DNA of 63,496 nucleotides, counting the filler, from Syncephalis fuscata S228 (taxonomy: Eukaryota > Fungi > Zoopagomycota): NCBI GenBank assembly GCA_025786725.1. It is 3 parts of 3 records of this genome, joined end to end, with 100 filler letters (N's around TTAATTAATTAA, not from the genome) between each part and the next. Parts side by side here need not be neighbours in the genome. Positions count along the whole stretch, not along the records: positions 1 to 25,577 come from JAHLTZ010000119.1; positions 25,678 to 36,116 come from JAHLTZ010000297.1; 1 more part is not named here. One strand, 5' to 3'. The position numbers and the translations under genes are program-made. Every line of letters begins with the position of its first letter. Position 1 is the stretch's first letter. Positions 12,969 through 25,849 of this stretch are shown in pieces. The notes beneath the pieces are model-generated. The model did not search any database. It was not told the DNA's origin and saw only the letters and a list, made by a program, of their open reading frames with translations.

Positions 12969-14486
12969 ATGCTATTGCTTTTAAACAAATTGCCCATCGA
13001 TGATTTTCGACGTTTTATTTTGAATCTTGATGGATTGAGCGTGGTACGCCTTAGTTACTGCTGTCGCCAGCTAAGAGGCTACATTCTTTCTGATACACTG
13101 CTGTGGAAACAGCTCTACTATAGCCACTTTCTCGCCGGTTTACATGTCGCGAAAGAGCTTGACTTTCTATACTGGTGCGCACGACATCAGCTGCCGTCCA
13201 TTGAATCGCATGACGGCCCGTCGATCCTTTTGAAATCGTTGGACTGGCACGGCGCCTATCGACAACGCGTATGCACAGAAAACAATTGGCGCTACGGCCA
13301 TTCAAAACGTACGGTTTTGCCGCTACCTTCAACGCCAAACGAAGAAAACTGGACGATTAGTAGCCAATGCGCTACCGCCATTCTACTAAAATGTAGCAAA
13401 TTGCACTCAAACCACTCTCCTTATTTTATTGCGGGTCTTGAAAGTACGCCCTATTCACCAAGTACGCAAGCCGCAATCAATCTAGCTGGCACGCCATCTT
13501 CAGCAACACTGAGCACACCAGCATTGGTGAAATTAAATAGCACACGCGAATGTTTAGCATCAACATTTGTAAACACAATTATGGACGATATGTTTATTGT
13601 TATGGTGAGCACATATCCTAAGCTGCATAATACTCGTCTTGAAGTTTGGCGTCGTAAAACGTACAAGCTAAACTTCGCACACACACTGCCCTATGGCTGT
13701 CGGCTCGAGTCAGTCAGTGGTAAATGGGCCTTATTACTTTGCATGGAGTATAATGCTGACAGTGTATTCAACGGTCAAATGATTATTTGGGACCTTGAGC
13801 TGAATAGGCAGCATATTAAGGCAATAGACGATCCATGGGATGGCGTATGCATCTTTCGGGCAACCGAGACGGCCGTGACCGTTTATGCTGCACGGTTAGA
13901 CTCGGACAATCCAGAACTGATCACATGGACGTTTTACGAATTTTCGTCGGATGCAGAACCAAAACAATTACTGCAAAATTGTTTTACAACTGAGTTTGAG
14001 TTTTACGACTATATTGAACCTTCCCCGCTTGATGCGTCGCGTATACTGTTGCAAGAGGTTGACATACGCAACAATCGAAAGCTGCTTATTCACAATGTAA
14101 TGCCAGATAATCCATCGAGACTGGAGCTCGATATGGTGGAGATTCCAGAGGAGCATGTTACAGCTGCTCTACTCTCGCAAGGTAGCTGCTCTAAGATAGG
14201 AGATCGGCTATTGGTGGAGAAACAGGATAGATTCACCTACAACAAAGCTATTTATTGGCCAAATGCCCTCGAGTGTCGGCATATCATCGGTAGCCTTTGT
14301 ATCATTTATGAAAAGCAAGACGACGATAGTATTCGTATTGCTCTAGCTGATAATAATCTAGGCACGCGGTTGCGCTATCTTGACTCTTATTCATCAGATC
14401 ACTTAAACGCCTTTCTTATGACATCCGCGGTAATCATTGACAATGACAAGTGTGAAGTCAATATTATTGATTACGGAGCCTTATAG
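12969..14486 (+). CDS. F-box protein with divergent beta-rich C-terminal domain
   Basis: N-terminal LNKLPIDDFRRFILNLDGLSVVRLSYCCRQLR...LLWKQLY F-box, followed by W..AY..R...ENNWR.G; ends IIDYGAL. Intronless; first ATG at 12969. Confidence 0.75.
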   Translation: MLLLLNKLPIDDFRRFILNLDGLSVVRLSYCCRQLRGYILSDTLLWKQLYYSHFLAGLHVAKELDFLYWCARHQLPSIESHDGPSILLKSLDWHGAYRQRVCTENNWRYGHSKRTVLPLPSTPNEENWTISSQCATAILLKCSKLHSNHSPYFIAGLESTPYSPSTQAAINLAGTPSSATLSTPALVKLNSTRECLASTFVNTIMDDMFIVMVSTYPKLHNTRLEVWRRKTYKLNFAHTLPYGCRLESVSGKWALLLCMEYNADSVFNGQMIIWDLELNRQHIKAIDDPWDGVCIFRATETAVTVYAARLDSDNPELITWTFYEFSSDAEPKQLLQNCFTTEFEFYDYIEPSPLDASRILLQEVDIRNNRKLLIHNVMPDNPSRLELDMVEIPEEHVTAALLSQGSCSKIGDRLLVEKQDRFTYNKAIYWPNALECRHIIGSLCIIYEKQDDDSIRIALADNNLGTRLRYLDSYSSDHLNAFLMTSAVIIDNDKCEVNIIDYGAL

Positions 14487-15239
14487 CATTCGAAGTGATG
14501 GTCAACTGTTAAATACAACTCCTAACTCAAACATAGAATAAAAACAAAAAAAGGTATAAACACCATGTAGGTTCAGTCTTTTTATGTGATAAAATAACAT
14601 AACATTTTCTTTTACATGCATTTTAATAATAACCTTTAGCCTTTATTATTGAAGGATGTAATTTATTGATATATATATATATGTGTGTGTGTGTGTATAT
14701 ATAAGCAATGCCAATTTGAATTGATACATACCAAGTTAAATCAGACTAAAATACTTTAGTATTGGCTAGCAAGTAGCGGACAATTCAAGCACATTGTTTC
14801 GGCTTTTAGCAATCAATATAATGTCATAGTAACATGAGTTTAATTACTTATAATCTGAGATGACAAAAAGATGAAAGTTTTGGTAGACCGCTTGCCATTA
14901 TACTGAACATAATGTGTTTGTTTTTTACCACCATGGTATTATGATGCAATAGTGTACGATAGGTATTGTTTTAATAGATAATACCACGTTAAATCAAAGC
15001 TGAATAATCATGTACAGATTTTAACTACTTAATACATAATAAACTTATATTCTATATGTAAACTTTATATGCGATAACGACTCTAAATTACTAGAAAAAA
15101 GTATATTATATAAATATTTATTCTATTACACGTCACTATACCTAAATATATACTAGCTATATAGCTAGTAAACACATAAACATTGTATGTATATTAACTA
15201 TCTGTATATCATTAACATTGCTATATTGAATCCTTTTTT

Positions 15240-15970
15240 ATTAGCAACTTATTAGTCATTTAGCGTGGTTTAGGGGTCAAATGACTATATTTAACAACAC
15301 TCGTGCATTTAAACTAGACATTTACTCTTTTGAACACGATGATGGATGGTGAATGACATCGGCTATCAAATATTCATCATCATAGATTCGTTATCCAATA
15401 TACATATACTCTTTATTTACATAAACTATTCCAGTTTCCACACATACTGCTATTTATTATTTTATGCTATATTGTACAAATTATATTGTTTATATATTTT
15501 AAAAAATCTTACTTATATCATTCATTGCATTATATGTACTATAACCTTAATACTACTTATCATACTTTTATTGTACATTTATATCATTCTATATCATTTT
15601 ATAATTGCCTAACCATGAACTACATAAATCTGCCGTTTTTGCCCTAGTTTTATTATCAATAAACTTGACTTATTTGTTTATTGCGCTTATTAAACTATAT
15701 ATACTTGGAATTTATAGCAAATATAATACCACCAACATATCATAATATAATATACAATATAATAAATACAGAATAGTAATGATATGGGTGGATAAATTGT
15801 ATATGCATACTAAATACTAAACCTATAATAATAAGTATTTTGATAACTAATGACACTCACCGTCCAGCTTCATGCTCAATAAAACGAATCAGTAACTTGT
15901 TTGTGTAAGTATTAACAAATTTAGTCATTTAAATTTCAAACCATACTAGATTACTAACAAACTATTAAAT
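15240..15970. mobile_element. Degenerate foldback/MITE-like element (dispersed family F) formed by two inverted copies
   Basis: 15240-15410 is an approximate (~70% by eye) reverse complement of 15800-15970. Both contain the family core CATACTGGATAATAAATCTATRATGA...CTCACC...CATGYTCAATAG that recurs at 26, 29, 30.5, 33, 34.8 and 49.8 kb. Confidence 0.55.
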
Positions 15971-16294
15971 TGTATGTTAGTGTGTACTTAATACCAATGA
16001 TCGATACTGTTACTATAACTATGTAAAATATAACAGTATTCTTGCAATTGGTTGTAATCAACAACACGTGTCAATAACCATTATATATAGACTATTATCA
16101 ATATTCTAATGCAATTAAATCAATTAAAGGGTCAATAAATTAGTTGATTGACTAGATTTAATAAACAGCAATTTATGTTTATTAAGAAATACACTATAAT
16201 AATAATAATAATAATAACAATAATAATAATGCAATGTTTAACTGTCACTTTATACTGATTATGATTATGATTATATGTTTTTATATCTTTGGTG

Positions 16295-19037
16295 TTATTT
16301 ACGTTGTCGTTTTCGACTTGAATCCTCTAAACTATTTGATGTATTTGTTCGCGGCTTTCTTCCTTTACTTGTTGGACACCAAACAATGTCAATTGACTGA
16401 CCATGATTCATTCGAGTCAATCGATTACCCTGTGGAGTAAGGGCAGCATACCTAATACAGACACTATTAATTACCATTCATTATAGTTAAAAATTGTTTA
16501 CTTACGATATAGTGCTATAAGCTGTAAAATGAAATGATTCCTTTAAATAGCCTTGTAATAGGGCAAATAGAATAATATGTTCACAATCCTATATATTAAA
16601 CAATTAGTTGTTAAATAATAGACGATTACTAGCAACTTACCTCTATATTCCACTGCTTTCCTAATAGTTGTAGTTCATGATTAGATAGTGCCTGTTCAAT
16701 ATCTACACGCTTTCCACCACAACCACGCCATAGTTCAGCTAGTTTAAGAAATGTCACTCCTGTGCTATCATAACTCTTTTGCTCGCCTATAGTATTCGAT
16801 GCTTCATTTGATGACTGAGCCAGTACTTTAACCAGCCGACATAGATCCTCAATCGCTTTCGTAATATTATGAGTAACACTATCGGTACGGGTACAGTTAT
16901 CACAGTCACCACAATTAGCTTTAGTCGTCATCGTTGTAGTTGTAGTTGTTGTTATACGTGAGGTATTACCACCATTATCTATCATTAATGAATAGCGTTC
17001 AGGTGAAAAGTAGTGTTCAAATAAAACACGACGACATGTACGCATATCCTGTGCATATTTCAGTATAGTATAAACATTACGAATACCATGATGGTCTGCC
17101 ACTACCATTGTGGTTAATCGACTGGCATCTTTAGGATGATAATAAAGAACACAATCAGCCACTTGTCCATCACGTCCAGCTCTTCCCGTCTCTTGATAAT
17201 AGCCTTATAAATCAATTAACCAACCAATAGTTAGTTAGTTAATTAATTAGCACATATACTATAGTTACCATCGAGTGATTTGGACGGTGAATGGTGCAGT
17301 ACATAACGAACATTAGGCTGGTCAATACCCATACCAAATGCAATAGTGGCCACTACAATAAGAATACGACCTACACGCCATGACTGATGCACTTTATTCT
17401 TCCATTCCTATTAACGATCAGTATAGTACTATAGTACTATAGTATAAACATTGATTACCTCAGTGAGATCAGCATGATAAACACCCGTTGCCAAATTATA
17501 TTGAGCCAATCCTTCTGCCACTGACTGTGCTTCCCTCTTTGATAAACAGTAAATAATACCTCGTTGGCCCAAATGATGCTCACGAATCCATTCAGACATT
17601 GATCTAATTTGATCTATTAATGTTTTTGGTTTAGACAGTACATAATATCTTAAATTAGGCCCTATTCAATCCTATTAGTAAATGTAGAATATCAATTATA
17701 ATAACCTACTTTCTAATGGGGCCTGGAAACACACTGTAGCATGTGATCCAATACGCTTTAATTGAAGAATATCCATTACGGCCTTCTTCACTTCAGGTGG
17801 ACAAGTGGCCTATTTATAGCAATTGATTAAATAGTTAATTAAATAGTAATCAAATCACTTACCGTAAGGGCAAGTAAAGGTGTTTTAGGAAACATGGTCT
17901 ATTATCGCCTATATAAATACGCTATTATAACAATATTACTATTAATAACTACCTTTAATATACCTAGTTTCTTGTAATCTGGTCTATAATCATGTCCTAG
18001 TTGTGAACAACAATGACACTCATCAATGACTAGTTGGGCCAATCGACCAGCCTGATAACATTTATCGAGTTGTTGAGTAAATCGTTTACTTTTAGCAATA
18101 CGCTCTGGTGTCACATAGATAAGTGCATGTTGATTAGTTGCTTCACTCTTCTTGCCACTACCGACAAGGATATCACGTACACGGCGACTATCCTCGGGCG
18201 TAGATGAAGCAGTCAAGGCAACGGCAACAATGTTTGCTCTTTCCAGTGCAAATACTTGATCGTGCATCAATGCAATAAGCGGTGATATAACAAGTGTAAC
18301 GCCTTGCTTTAATAAAGCAGGTAACTGATAACACAGCGATTTGCCACCGCCTAGAATACCCGTCAATAGATTGATATCAATATGCATATCTATAGATATA
18401 GATATAGATTACCTGTAGGCATAATTGCTAGTACATCCTTGTTGTGCATCACTGCATTCAGTACTGGTAACTGTGCTGGTCTATAACTTGTAATGCCCCA
18501 ATGTTCTTGGGCTAGTAAGCGTAACTGCTTTGACCAGGAAAAGTCTTCTTGTGCCCAGTCTATGGTTGACGAGCTATTTAAATGCATATTATCCATATCA
18601 TTAGCTTCAATGGCTTCGATATATGCTTCACTATCTTCAATAGTTGGATATGATTGATATTGAGCAATTAGTTGTTCTAATTCATGGCGTCGTTCTGTTA
18701 ATTGCTCTATTTGCTGTTTAATCTGATCAAGTTCATGCATATACTCTTCTAGCATATAGTCATCGTTCTGTATATGCATATCTACTGGTCTATTGTTGTT
18801 ATTGTTATTGCTATTAACATCGATACCATCTTCTTCACTATCTGAAGATACTCTAATAACTTTATGGTTTATATGACAGTCGTTGTTGTAACGCTTTAAT
18901 GTAAGTGGTGAGTGTGGCACGGTTGGCTTATAGTCTATCCTGTTAAATAGTTCATTCTCATACTCTGTACTGAAATCTAGTAACACTTTGTCTTTATAAC
19001 TATCGTTATCGATATCATAATCATTATTAGAACTCAT
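16295..19037 (-). CDS. RECQL: ATP-dependent DNA helicase, RecQ family (RECQL/RecQ1-like), multi-exon
   Basis: Motifs MPTG|[75 protein letters not shown] and the RQC zinc motif CRR...CGDCDNC; short GT-AG introns. Confidence 0.93.
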
Positions 19038-19347
19038 ATTGTTTGTTTGTTTGTTTGTTTGTTATTGATACGAGCAATAAACAAGGGAAAGTAAAAAGAG
19101 GAGAGAAATAGTACGTGGCTCTATTTATTGCTCACTTTCATTTTCTATCTCTCACACTCTATCTATCTCACTTGTCCACTATTTCTTTCTACTTGTCCAT
19201 TCTTTTAACATCCAAGAACGTAACTGTTCTATTGATCACGGCTACTTGTTATTAAGTGCAGTATCTTGTTAATAGCTATTGATAGTCTTGGGGAAAGAAA
19301 GGAGCGTGTCTAGTTTACGGGATTCCACTTATATACTATCTATAGCA
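19038..19347. promoter_or_regulatory. Short bidirectional promoter region shared by RecQ and UFD2
   Basis: Two conserved genes start head-to-head 310 bp apart, with strand-switching purine/pyrimidine tracts between them. Confidence 0.6.
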
Positions 19348-22300
19348 ATGACTATGGCCAGTAAACCACCAGCACGTTCCTTAACTGATTGGCAAAATGA
19401 CGTTATAAGCCGAGTACTTCAAGTTACGCTTAATGTAAGAATAAGAAGAATAGTAATAAGACGAATAGTAATAGTAAATAAACAACATTATTAACCTATA
19501 TATATACATATGTATATCTATGTATATATAGGAAGCGAAAAGCACTACTCGTCCTGAATATACTTTATTAACTTCATTAGTAACTGAACTACAAGAAGAA
19601 CAACAAGGTAACCATAACTCTATATAACATTCATAATATAATACGATGATTCATAATGATATCAGATAGTGTAACACCTATTACCATTCAGCTTGATATG
19701 TTTGATCGTGTTTTAGTGGCCCGATTATCAACGCCCATTAATGAACTTGCCCCTGGTACACCAACTATTGTATTTGACTATTTATTGGCATGTTGGCATC
19801 GATGTGTTGAAATAGGCAATGGATTACGTCAACGATCCAAGGTAGGATATTATATCTATACCAATAGACCGTCTATACTCATTGTCTATAGACATTTACA
19901 CCAGATGTTCTACAAGAGAGATTACAGGTTATAGAAAAGTTACGACAATTAATTGTTTCTTATGCGGGTATTATTCTACAAATGCCTGATATGTTTCCTC
20001 AAACGGGCAAGTATGTATATAGATGGATGGTTATATAGTTATAGTTGTATATTAATGGTATTACATAGTATGGAGTCATTGGGACCGGGTATGTTAGTAC
20101 CACGTCTAATTAATGAGGATGACATGTTATCGGATGAGTTTCTATCTGATCTATTTAAACGATTTGAATCTGATGGATTAGATGAGGTAAGTGCTATATA
20201 TATATATATATATATATATATGACAGTAATTGATATTATGGTTATGGTATAGATACTTCATCCATTATTAATTGGATTGGGTGCTAAAGCGCGAGAACAA
20301 ACTATATTGACAGACTATACATCACCTTTAAGAGTAAATAGACTATAGATCATAAATGGATAGATTAATTAATTATATTAATTAATATAAATTGTAATTG
20401 TTAGGTACTTATGAGATTAATTGAACATAAACCATTCTTGGTAACTGTAAGGGTTATTATTAATAATAGATCTATAATAGATTAATGATTAATATGAATA
20501 TTATATAGTTACATACATTAATAATTGGAATCCTAAAGGTCTTCCTGCTCGTACTATTGAAGTAGCCACACTACTTGGACCATTCTTTCGACTTTCTATA
20601 TTCTCAACCGATGTACCCGATCTAGGTAATGCTTATTTCAAGCATGCTTATAGTCAACCAGGTAGTGATTTTATGGGCAGTGTTAATTCATTACGTGGGG
20701 TTATTCAACACTATCGAGTATGTATTTTTATATGTTTATATATGTAGATTGATTAATGGCAATTATTATTGTAATTATAAATAGTATACATTGGTCGAGT
20801 TGACCAATCAATTGGTTCGAGTCAATGCAGATTCACGACAAGATACATTGCGTTATCTGGCCAATGTAGTTGAGGCAAATCATAAACGGGCTCGTATGCA
20901 AGTAGATCCACGAACAGTTTCCTCTGATGGATTTATGACCAATTTAAACTTTGTATTAATTGCTTTGTGCGAACCATTTATGGATATCAAATACACCAAG
21001 GTAAGTAATAATAGATAAGTATAATACTATACATATATATATATATAAATTATTATGGCTATTAATGATATAATCAGATTAATCGAATAGATACTGATTA
21101 TTATCGCAAACCAGGGGCACTGTTAAATATTGATGAAGAAACAAAGATAAATGCTAGTAAAGAAGAGACAGATGCATACTTTGATGTTACTCTAGATGGA
21201 TCTAGTGGTAAATAAGCATAGATAAATATATATATATATACAATTAATATTAATAATAATGGATAGAGCCTAATTTTATATCTCATTCCTTCTATCTTAC
21301 GGCTGCTTATATGCATTATGGTCTACGTCGATGCTTTGCAGTTTATGAAAAAATAATTAGATCAATGAGTGATTTAAATCAACAAATTGAACAAATTAAA
21401 GATCAATCAGCCACTGCATCTGATGTAAGTAATAGTAAGCAGTATAAGCTTATTCAATGGTTTATAATAATAATAATAATAATAATATGGTTATTATTAT
21501 CTATTAGATAACGATGCGTAATGCACACGAGGCAATGCTTGCTAGAGCCACTGTAAGTAATAATTATAATTAATATATATATATATATATATCAATATAT
21601 CAATATATCAATATATTAATTATTATATTATAGGCCAATATGGATCAAATGGCTGCCCACAAGTATACATTGGATGCAGCATTACTTGATCCATCTGTAC
21701 TTCAACGACAATTACGTTATACTTCACTTATGATGACTTGGCTTGTACGTTTAGTGGATCCACAGCATGCATATCCACACGAATCTATTAAGTAGGTGTT
21801 GTGGTGGTGGTTAAATTGTCATTTCTAATGGATGATACTAGATTGCCATTACCGGATACTGCACCTGAAGCCTTTCGTATGTTACCTGAATACTTTATTG
21901 AAGATATAGCCGAGTTGTATCTATTTATTCTAAAGTAAGTATTTAAATTGACACTACTAGTGATACATCTACTTATTCGATATAGATACAATCCACAAAT
22001 ATTGGCGGAAGTCATTCTTGATGATTTGGTGGTATTTGCCGTTACTTTCCTTTCTATGTCGTCTTACGTAAAGAATCCGTATTTAAAGGCGAAATTGACT
22101 GAGGTTAGTAGTTGGTATTCTAATAGATGTGGCTGATTATAACTATTTATTGACTATATAGGTACTGGCATATATGGGCTATTCATTCCGAGGAGAGCCA
22201 TCCGGTGGTTTAGCGACCATTCTTTGTACTCATCCACTGGCTATTGAGAATTTAATGCCCACTATGATGAAATTCTATATAGGTATTGCTCGTCTATTGC

Positions 22301-23560
22301 TTATAAATATAATGGATACTGATTGTATTGATTGATAGAGGTGGAACGGACGGGTCTATCGTCTCAGTTCTATGACAAGTTTAATATTCGTTACAACATT
22401 TCACAAATTGTTAAGCGTTTGTGGCAAGATGAGCGACATCGAGAACGTCTTCGTCGAGAAAGCCAGTAAGATTTGATATAGCTATTAATCGTAATGGCCT
22501 ATTAATATTTCTATTTAATAGGAATACCGAATTCTTTGTACAATTTGTCAATCTACTAATGAACGACACGACCTATTTGCTTGATGAGGCACTATCGAAA
22601 TTGGCCGAGATTAGAAATATTCAAAACGAAATGGCCGATACCACCGCATGGGAACAACCACTACAGTAAATATAAATATAAATATAAATATACATAGACG
22701 GGTATTAATATATATATATATATATATATATTGGTAGGAACATCGACAAGAACGAGCATCTGTTCTAGAGCAAGATGAACGACAAGCCCGTTCCTATATT
22801 GGATTGGCTAAAGAAACCGTCGATATGATCCGGTATATGACACAAGAAGTACCAGGTCCATTTGTGGCACCTGAAGTGGTTGATCGATTGGCAGCTATGC
22901 TTAACTACAATCTAAACACTTGGTCGGTCCTAAATGTACCGATTTAAAGGTAAAAGATCCGAAAAAGTATGGATTTGAACCGCGTGTTCTATTATCCGAT
23001 ATTATTGCTATCTATTTGAATTTACACCGCACGGAATTTGTTGAAGCGGTGGCCCGAGAAGGGCGCAGTTATCGTCCCGAACGAGTAATGAAAGCGATTA
23101 GTATTTTGTCAAAATATGGTTTAAAACCAGAATCAGAGATTGAACAGTTACAAAAATTCTTAAATGAAGTTGAAACTTGTCGACAAGCAAATATAAATGA
23201 AGATGATTTACTAGCCGATGCACCCGACGAGTTTTTAGGTAATAATTTACATAAGAAAGTTAATTAGTTAAGGTTATTTATTTAATTATTTAATTAGATC
23301 CAATTACGTATACATTAATGCGTGATCCAGTTATATTACCAACAAGTGGTATTACCATGGACCGATCGGCTATTAAATCTCATTTACTAAGTACACCATT
23401 GGATCCGTTTAACCGTAAACCATTAACGGTGGAGATGTTGGAACCAAGTAAGTAGATGTAATAGCAATAACACAGCACTTATCTTTAATACTATTTAGAC
23501 GAAGAACTAAAGATGAAAATCAATGCATTCATTGTAGAACGCCGTGCTGCATCGAAATAA
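19348..23560 (+). CDS. UFD2: Ubiquitin conjugation factor E4 (U-box), about 20 short introns
   Basis: Exons encode [72 protein letters not shown] and the U-box APDEFL|DPIT...MRDPVILP...DPFNR.PL; stop at 23558-23560. Confidence 0.95.
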
Positions 23561-24233
23561 ATAAAGATTTACCTTTTTCATTTAATTATAAACAATGTAC
23601 ATCTATTACAGTACTAATAATAGTAATGATCCCATGTTTATATTTAGTAACGACAATCTAATATCTATATCAATTTATACACTTTGTTATATGTTATAAA
23701 ATACAATTATTATATTACAGTGATTTTAATAATAACCATACTACACTATTCTCCTTTATACGTTTGACTTGTTTAACCGTCTCTTTCTTTCATTGTTTCA
23801 TTATTATGATCCACTTACTATTTATGTCAATGATCGACATACACAGTGTTTATAATGTGATGCATAGTCTTTAACTAGTTTAGTACACTGTAAAGCCATT
23901 AATATACACGTGGATCATAAGCCATCATACTATGAATATTTGACACACCTACAAGTGTATTATACATTTAAAAATAGTAGTTTCTAGCTATTTAAAGCGC
24001 AATTCTCTATAATAATAACAATAATATATGAATCGATAGGCATATGCATATTCTCTAACAAGTTTTATAATCTGCAGCATCAAGGTTGAATCAGTGGCAA
24101 GAACAAGCCTTTGTTACAACAATATAAAAGTGTAACAACAATTACCGCTATACATTATCTATATTTCCTTCTTTCTACTTATTACTTGTTTGACATCTCT
24201 CATTCTTTAATCATTCCTTCAGTACTTACTATT

Positions 24234-24413
24234 ATGCACTTACTATCTGTGTCAACAACATTATTTGCAGTAATAATGGTAGTCATTGCGCTAATGAGCA
24301 CCATACAAGTTGGTTGTAGTGCTAACGCATTACCAGTCAATAGTTTAACACGCCGCGATACCGTTAATATACCCGAGAATAACGGTACAAATGACATGGC
24401 AGAGCTCATTTAA
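24234..24413 (+). CDS. Small secreted prepro-peptide (signal peptide, pro-region, RR site)
   Basis: TATAAAA at 24123, then MHLLSVSTTLFAVIMVVIALMSTIQVGCSANA-LPVNSLTRR-DTVNIPENNGTNDMAELI; AATAAA downstream near 24527. Confidence 0.55.
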   Translation: MHLLSVSTTLFAVIMVVIALMSTIQVGCSANALPVNSLTRRDTVNIPENNGTNDMAELI

Positions 24414-25158
24414 CGTATGTCCAAGTGTATTATACGCCAATTTAATTTGTTCAATTACCAAGTAGAAGCCTATCTCCGCATAATAATAATAATAATACTA
24501 TATAATATATAATATATAATATAACTAATAAAGCAATTCAGTTATATTCAGCGTAATATCCATTAAAGGTTTATATTCAATTAATTAATGATTCTATAAT
24601 TTACAACTTTTTACTTTTAGTTTATTAACATTAACTTACCGTATTTTAGTCTAATTAATGTTGATTATTATTATTATTATTATTATTGTAATAAATATAA
24701 TGTATTTACTATTACTTTTAGCTTATTAGCTTTAACTTACCGTATATTATTTACTACTTACTATTTATTATTAATTGTTATAAATATGTTATATTTACTA
24801 TTACTTTATATATAATACTTTTTTATATTGAATAATCTATACTTATTACGTACATCTGATACTATTTCAATTCAATCTGCCCATTCAAGTTATTATAGTT
24901 GAGATTGTGATTTACCTTGCACGTCATTTGCATTATAGTATGACGTGCGAAGGAGGGCTCGTTCTCGTCACGCCCAATTAAATAATACACAAATACATAC
25001 ACAAATACAAGAGTATATAGTTAATTAAAGGCGTGTGCACGCTTATCTGTGGTTTTATTCCAATAGTGCATAGCAATACACGGAATAGTGGGCATGGCCA
25101 TGACTGCTACTGCTACTAGTACTGCTGCTGCCATCGCCAAGCTTCACTCGCAACACGT

Positions 25159-25530
25159 TTACTCTTCGTCATCTTCGTCATCCTCCTCATCTTCCTGGGA
25201 GGCGATGTTGAAGTAGCGCAACTCGTAGGTGGTGCGGTCAGTGGCAATGACACGGAGCCAGTCACGGAGCTGGTTCTTCTTCAAGAACTTCTTGACAAGG
25301 TACTTGATGTAGCGCTTGGGGAAGACGCGTTGGGTCGAGTTAAGTGTGATCTTGGCACCCTGGCGGGCGATCGTGAGGACTTCGCCAAAGTTACCGGTAC
25401 GGCCAGAGACCTTGACGCGATCGTGCAAGAACTTCTCGAAAGCGGCAACGTCAAAGAGCTTGTCATCAGCTGGAGCTGAGCAGTCGATGACAACCTTGAC
25501 TGGGGTCTTCTTGACCTTCTTGGTCTTTTG
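25159..25530 (-). CDS. RPL22: 60S ribosomal protein eL22, last exon; 5' exon lost in the gap
   Basis: KVVIDCSAPADDKLFDVAAFEKFLHDRVKVSGRTGN...KRYIKYLVKKFLKKNQLRDWLRVIA....YELRYFNI plus acidic tail; strong codon bias; intron acceptor at 25531-25532. Confidence 0.97.
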   Translation of the reverse strand, partial: QKTKKVKKTPVKVVIDCSAPADDKLFDVAAFEKFLHDRVKVSGRTGNFGEVLTIARQGAKITLNSTQRVFPKRYIKYLVKKFLKKNQLRDWLRVIATDRTTYELRYFNIASQEDEEDDEDDEE

Positions 25531-25577
25531 CTACAGTATAAAGGTAAGTATATGAATCTAGCACTGCAATTAAATGC

Positions 25578-25677
25578 NNNNNNNNNNNNNNNNNNNNNNN
25601 NNNNNNNNNNNNNNNNNNNNNTTAATTAATTAANNNNNNNNNNNNNNNNNNNNNNNNNNNNNNNNNNNNNNNNNNNN
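25578..25677. other. Artificial contig-joining spacer (six-frame stop linker)
   Basis: N44-TTAATTAATTAA-N44, identical to the second gap. Confidence 0.97.
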
Positions 25678-25849
25678 CCACCATTTACGTTCTGCCACCA
25701 CCATTTCACCGTTCTGCCACCACCATTTCACCGTTCTGCCACACCATTTCACCGTTCTGCACCATTTGCCACCATCCACCGTTCTGCCACCACCATTCAC
25801 ACGTTCTGCCACCACCATTTCACCATTTTGCCACCACCATTTTACCGTT
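25678..25849 (-). repeat. 22-bp tandem array, left copy, truncated by the contig end
   Basis: About 7 units of ATTTCACCGTTCTGCCACCACC, the reverse complement of the 33.7-kb array unit. Confidence 0.9.

Noticed and set aside
24600-24950. Degenerate ~100-bp AT-rich duplication and 9-bp inverted repeat GCACGTCAT/ATGACGTGC
   Set aside because: Short, low-complexity and single-instance; function cannot be supported.
25622-25633. TTAATTAATTAA palindrome in both gaps
   Set aside because: Synthetic six-frame-stop linker between N runs, not biological.
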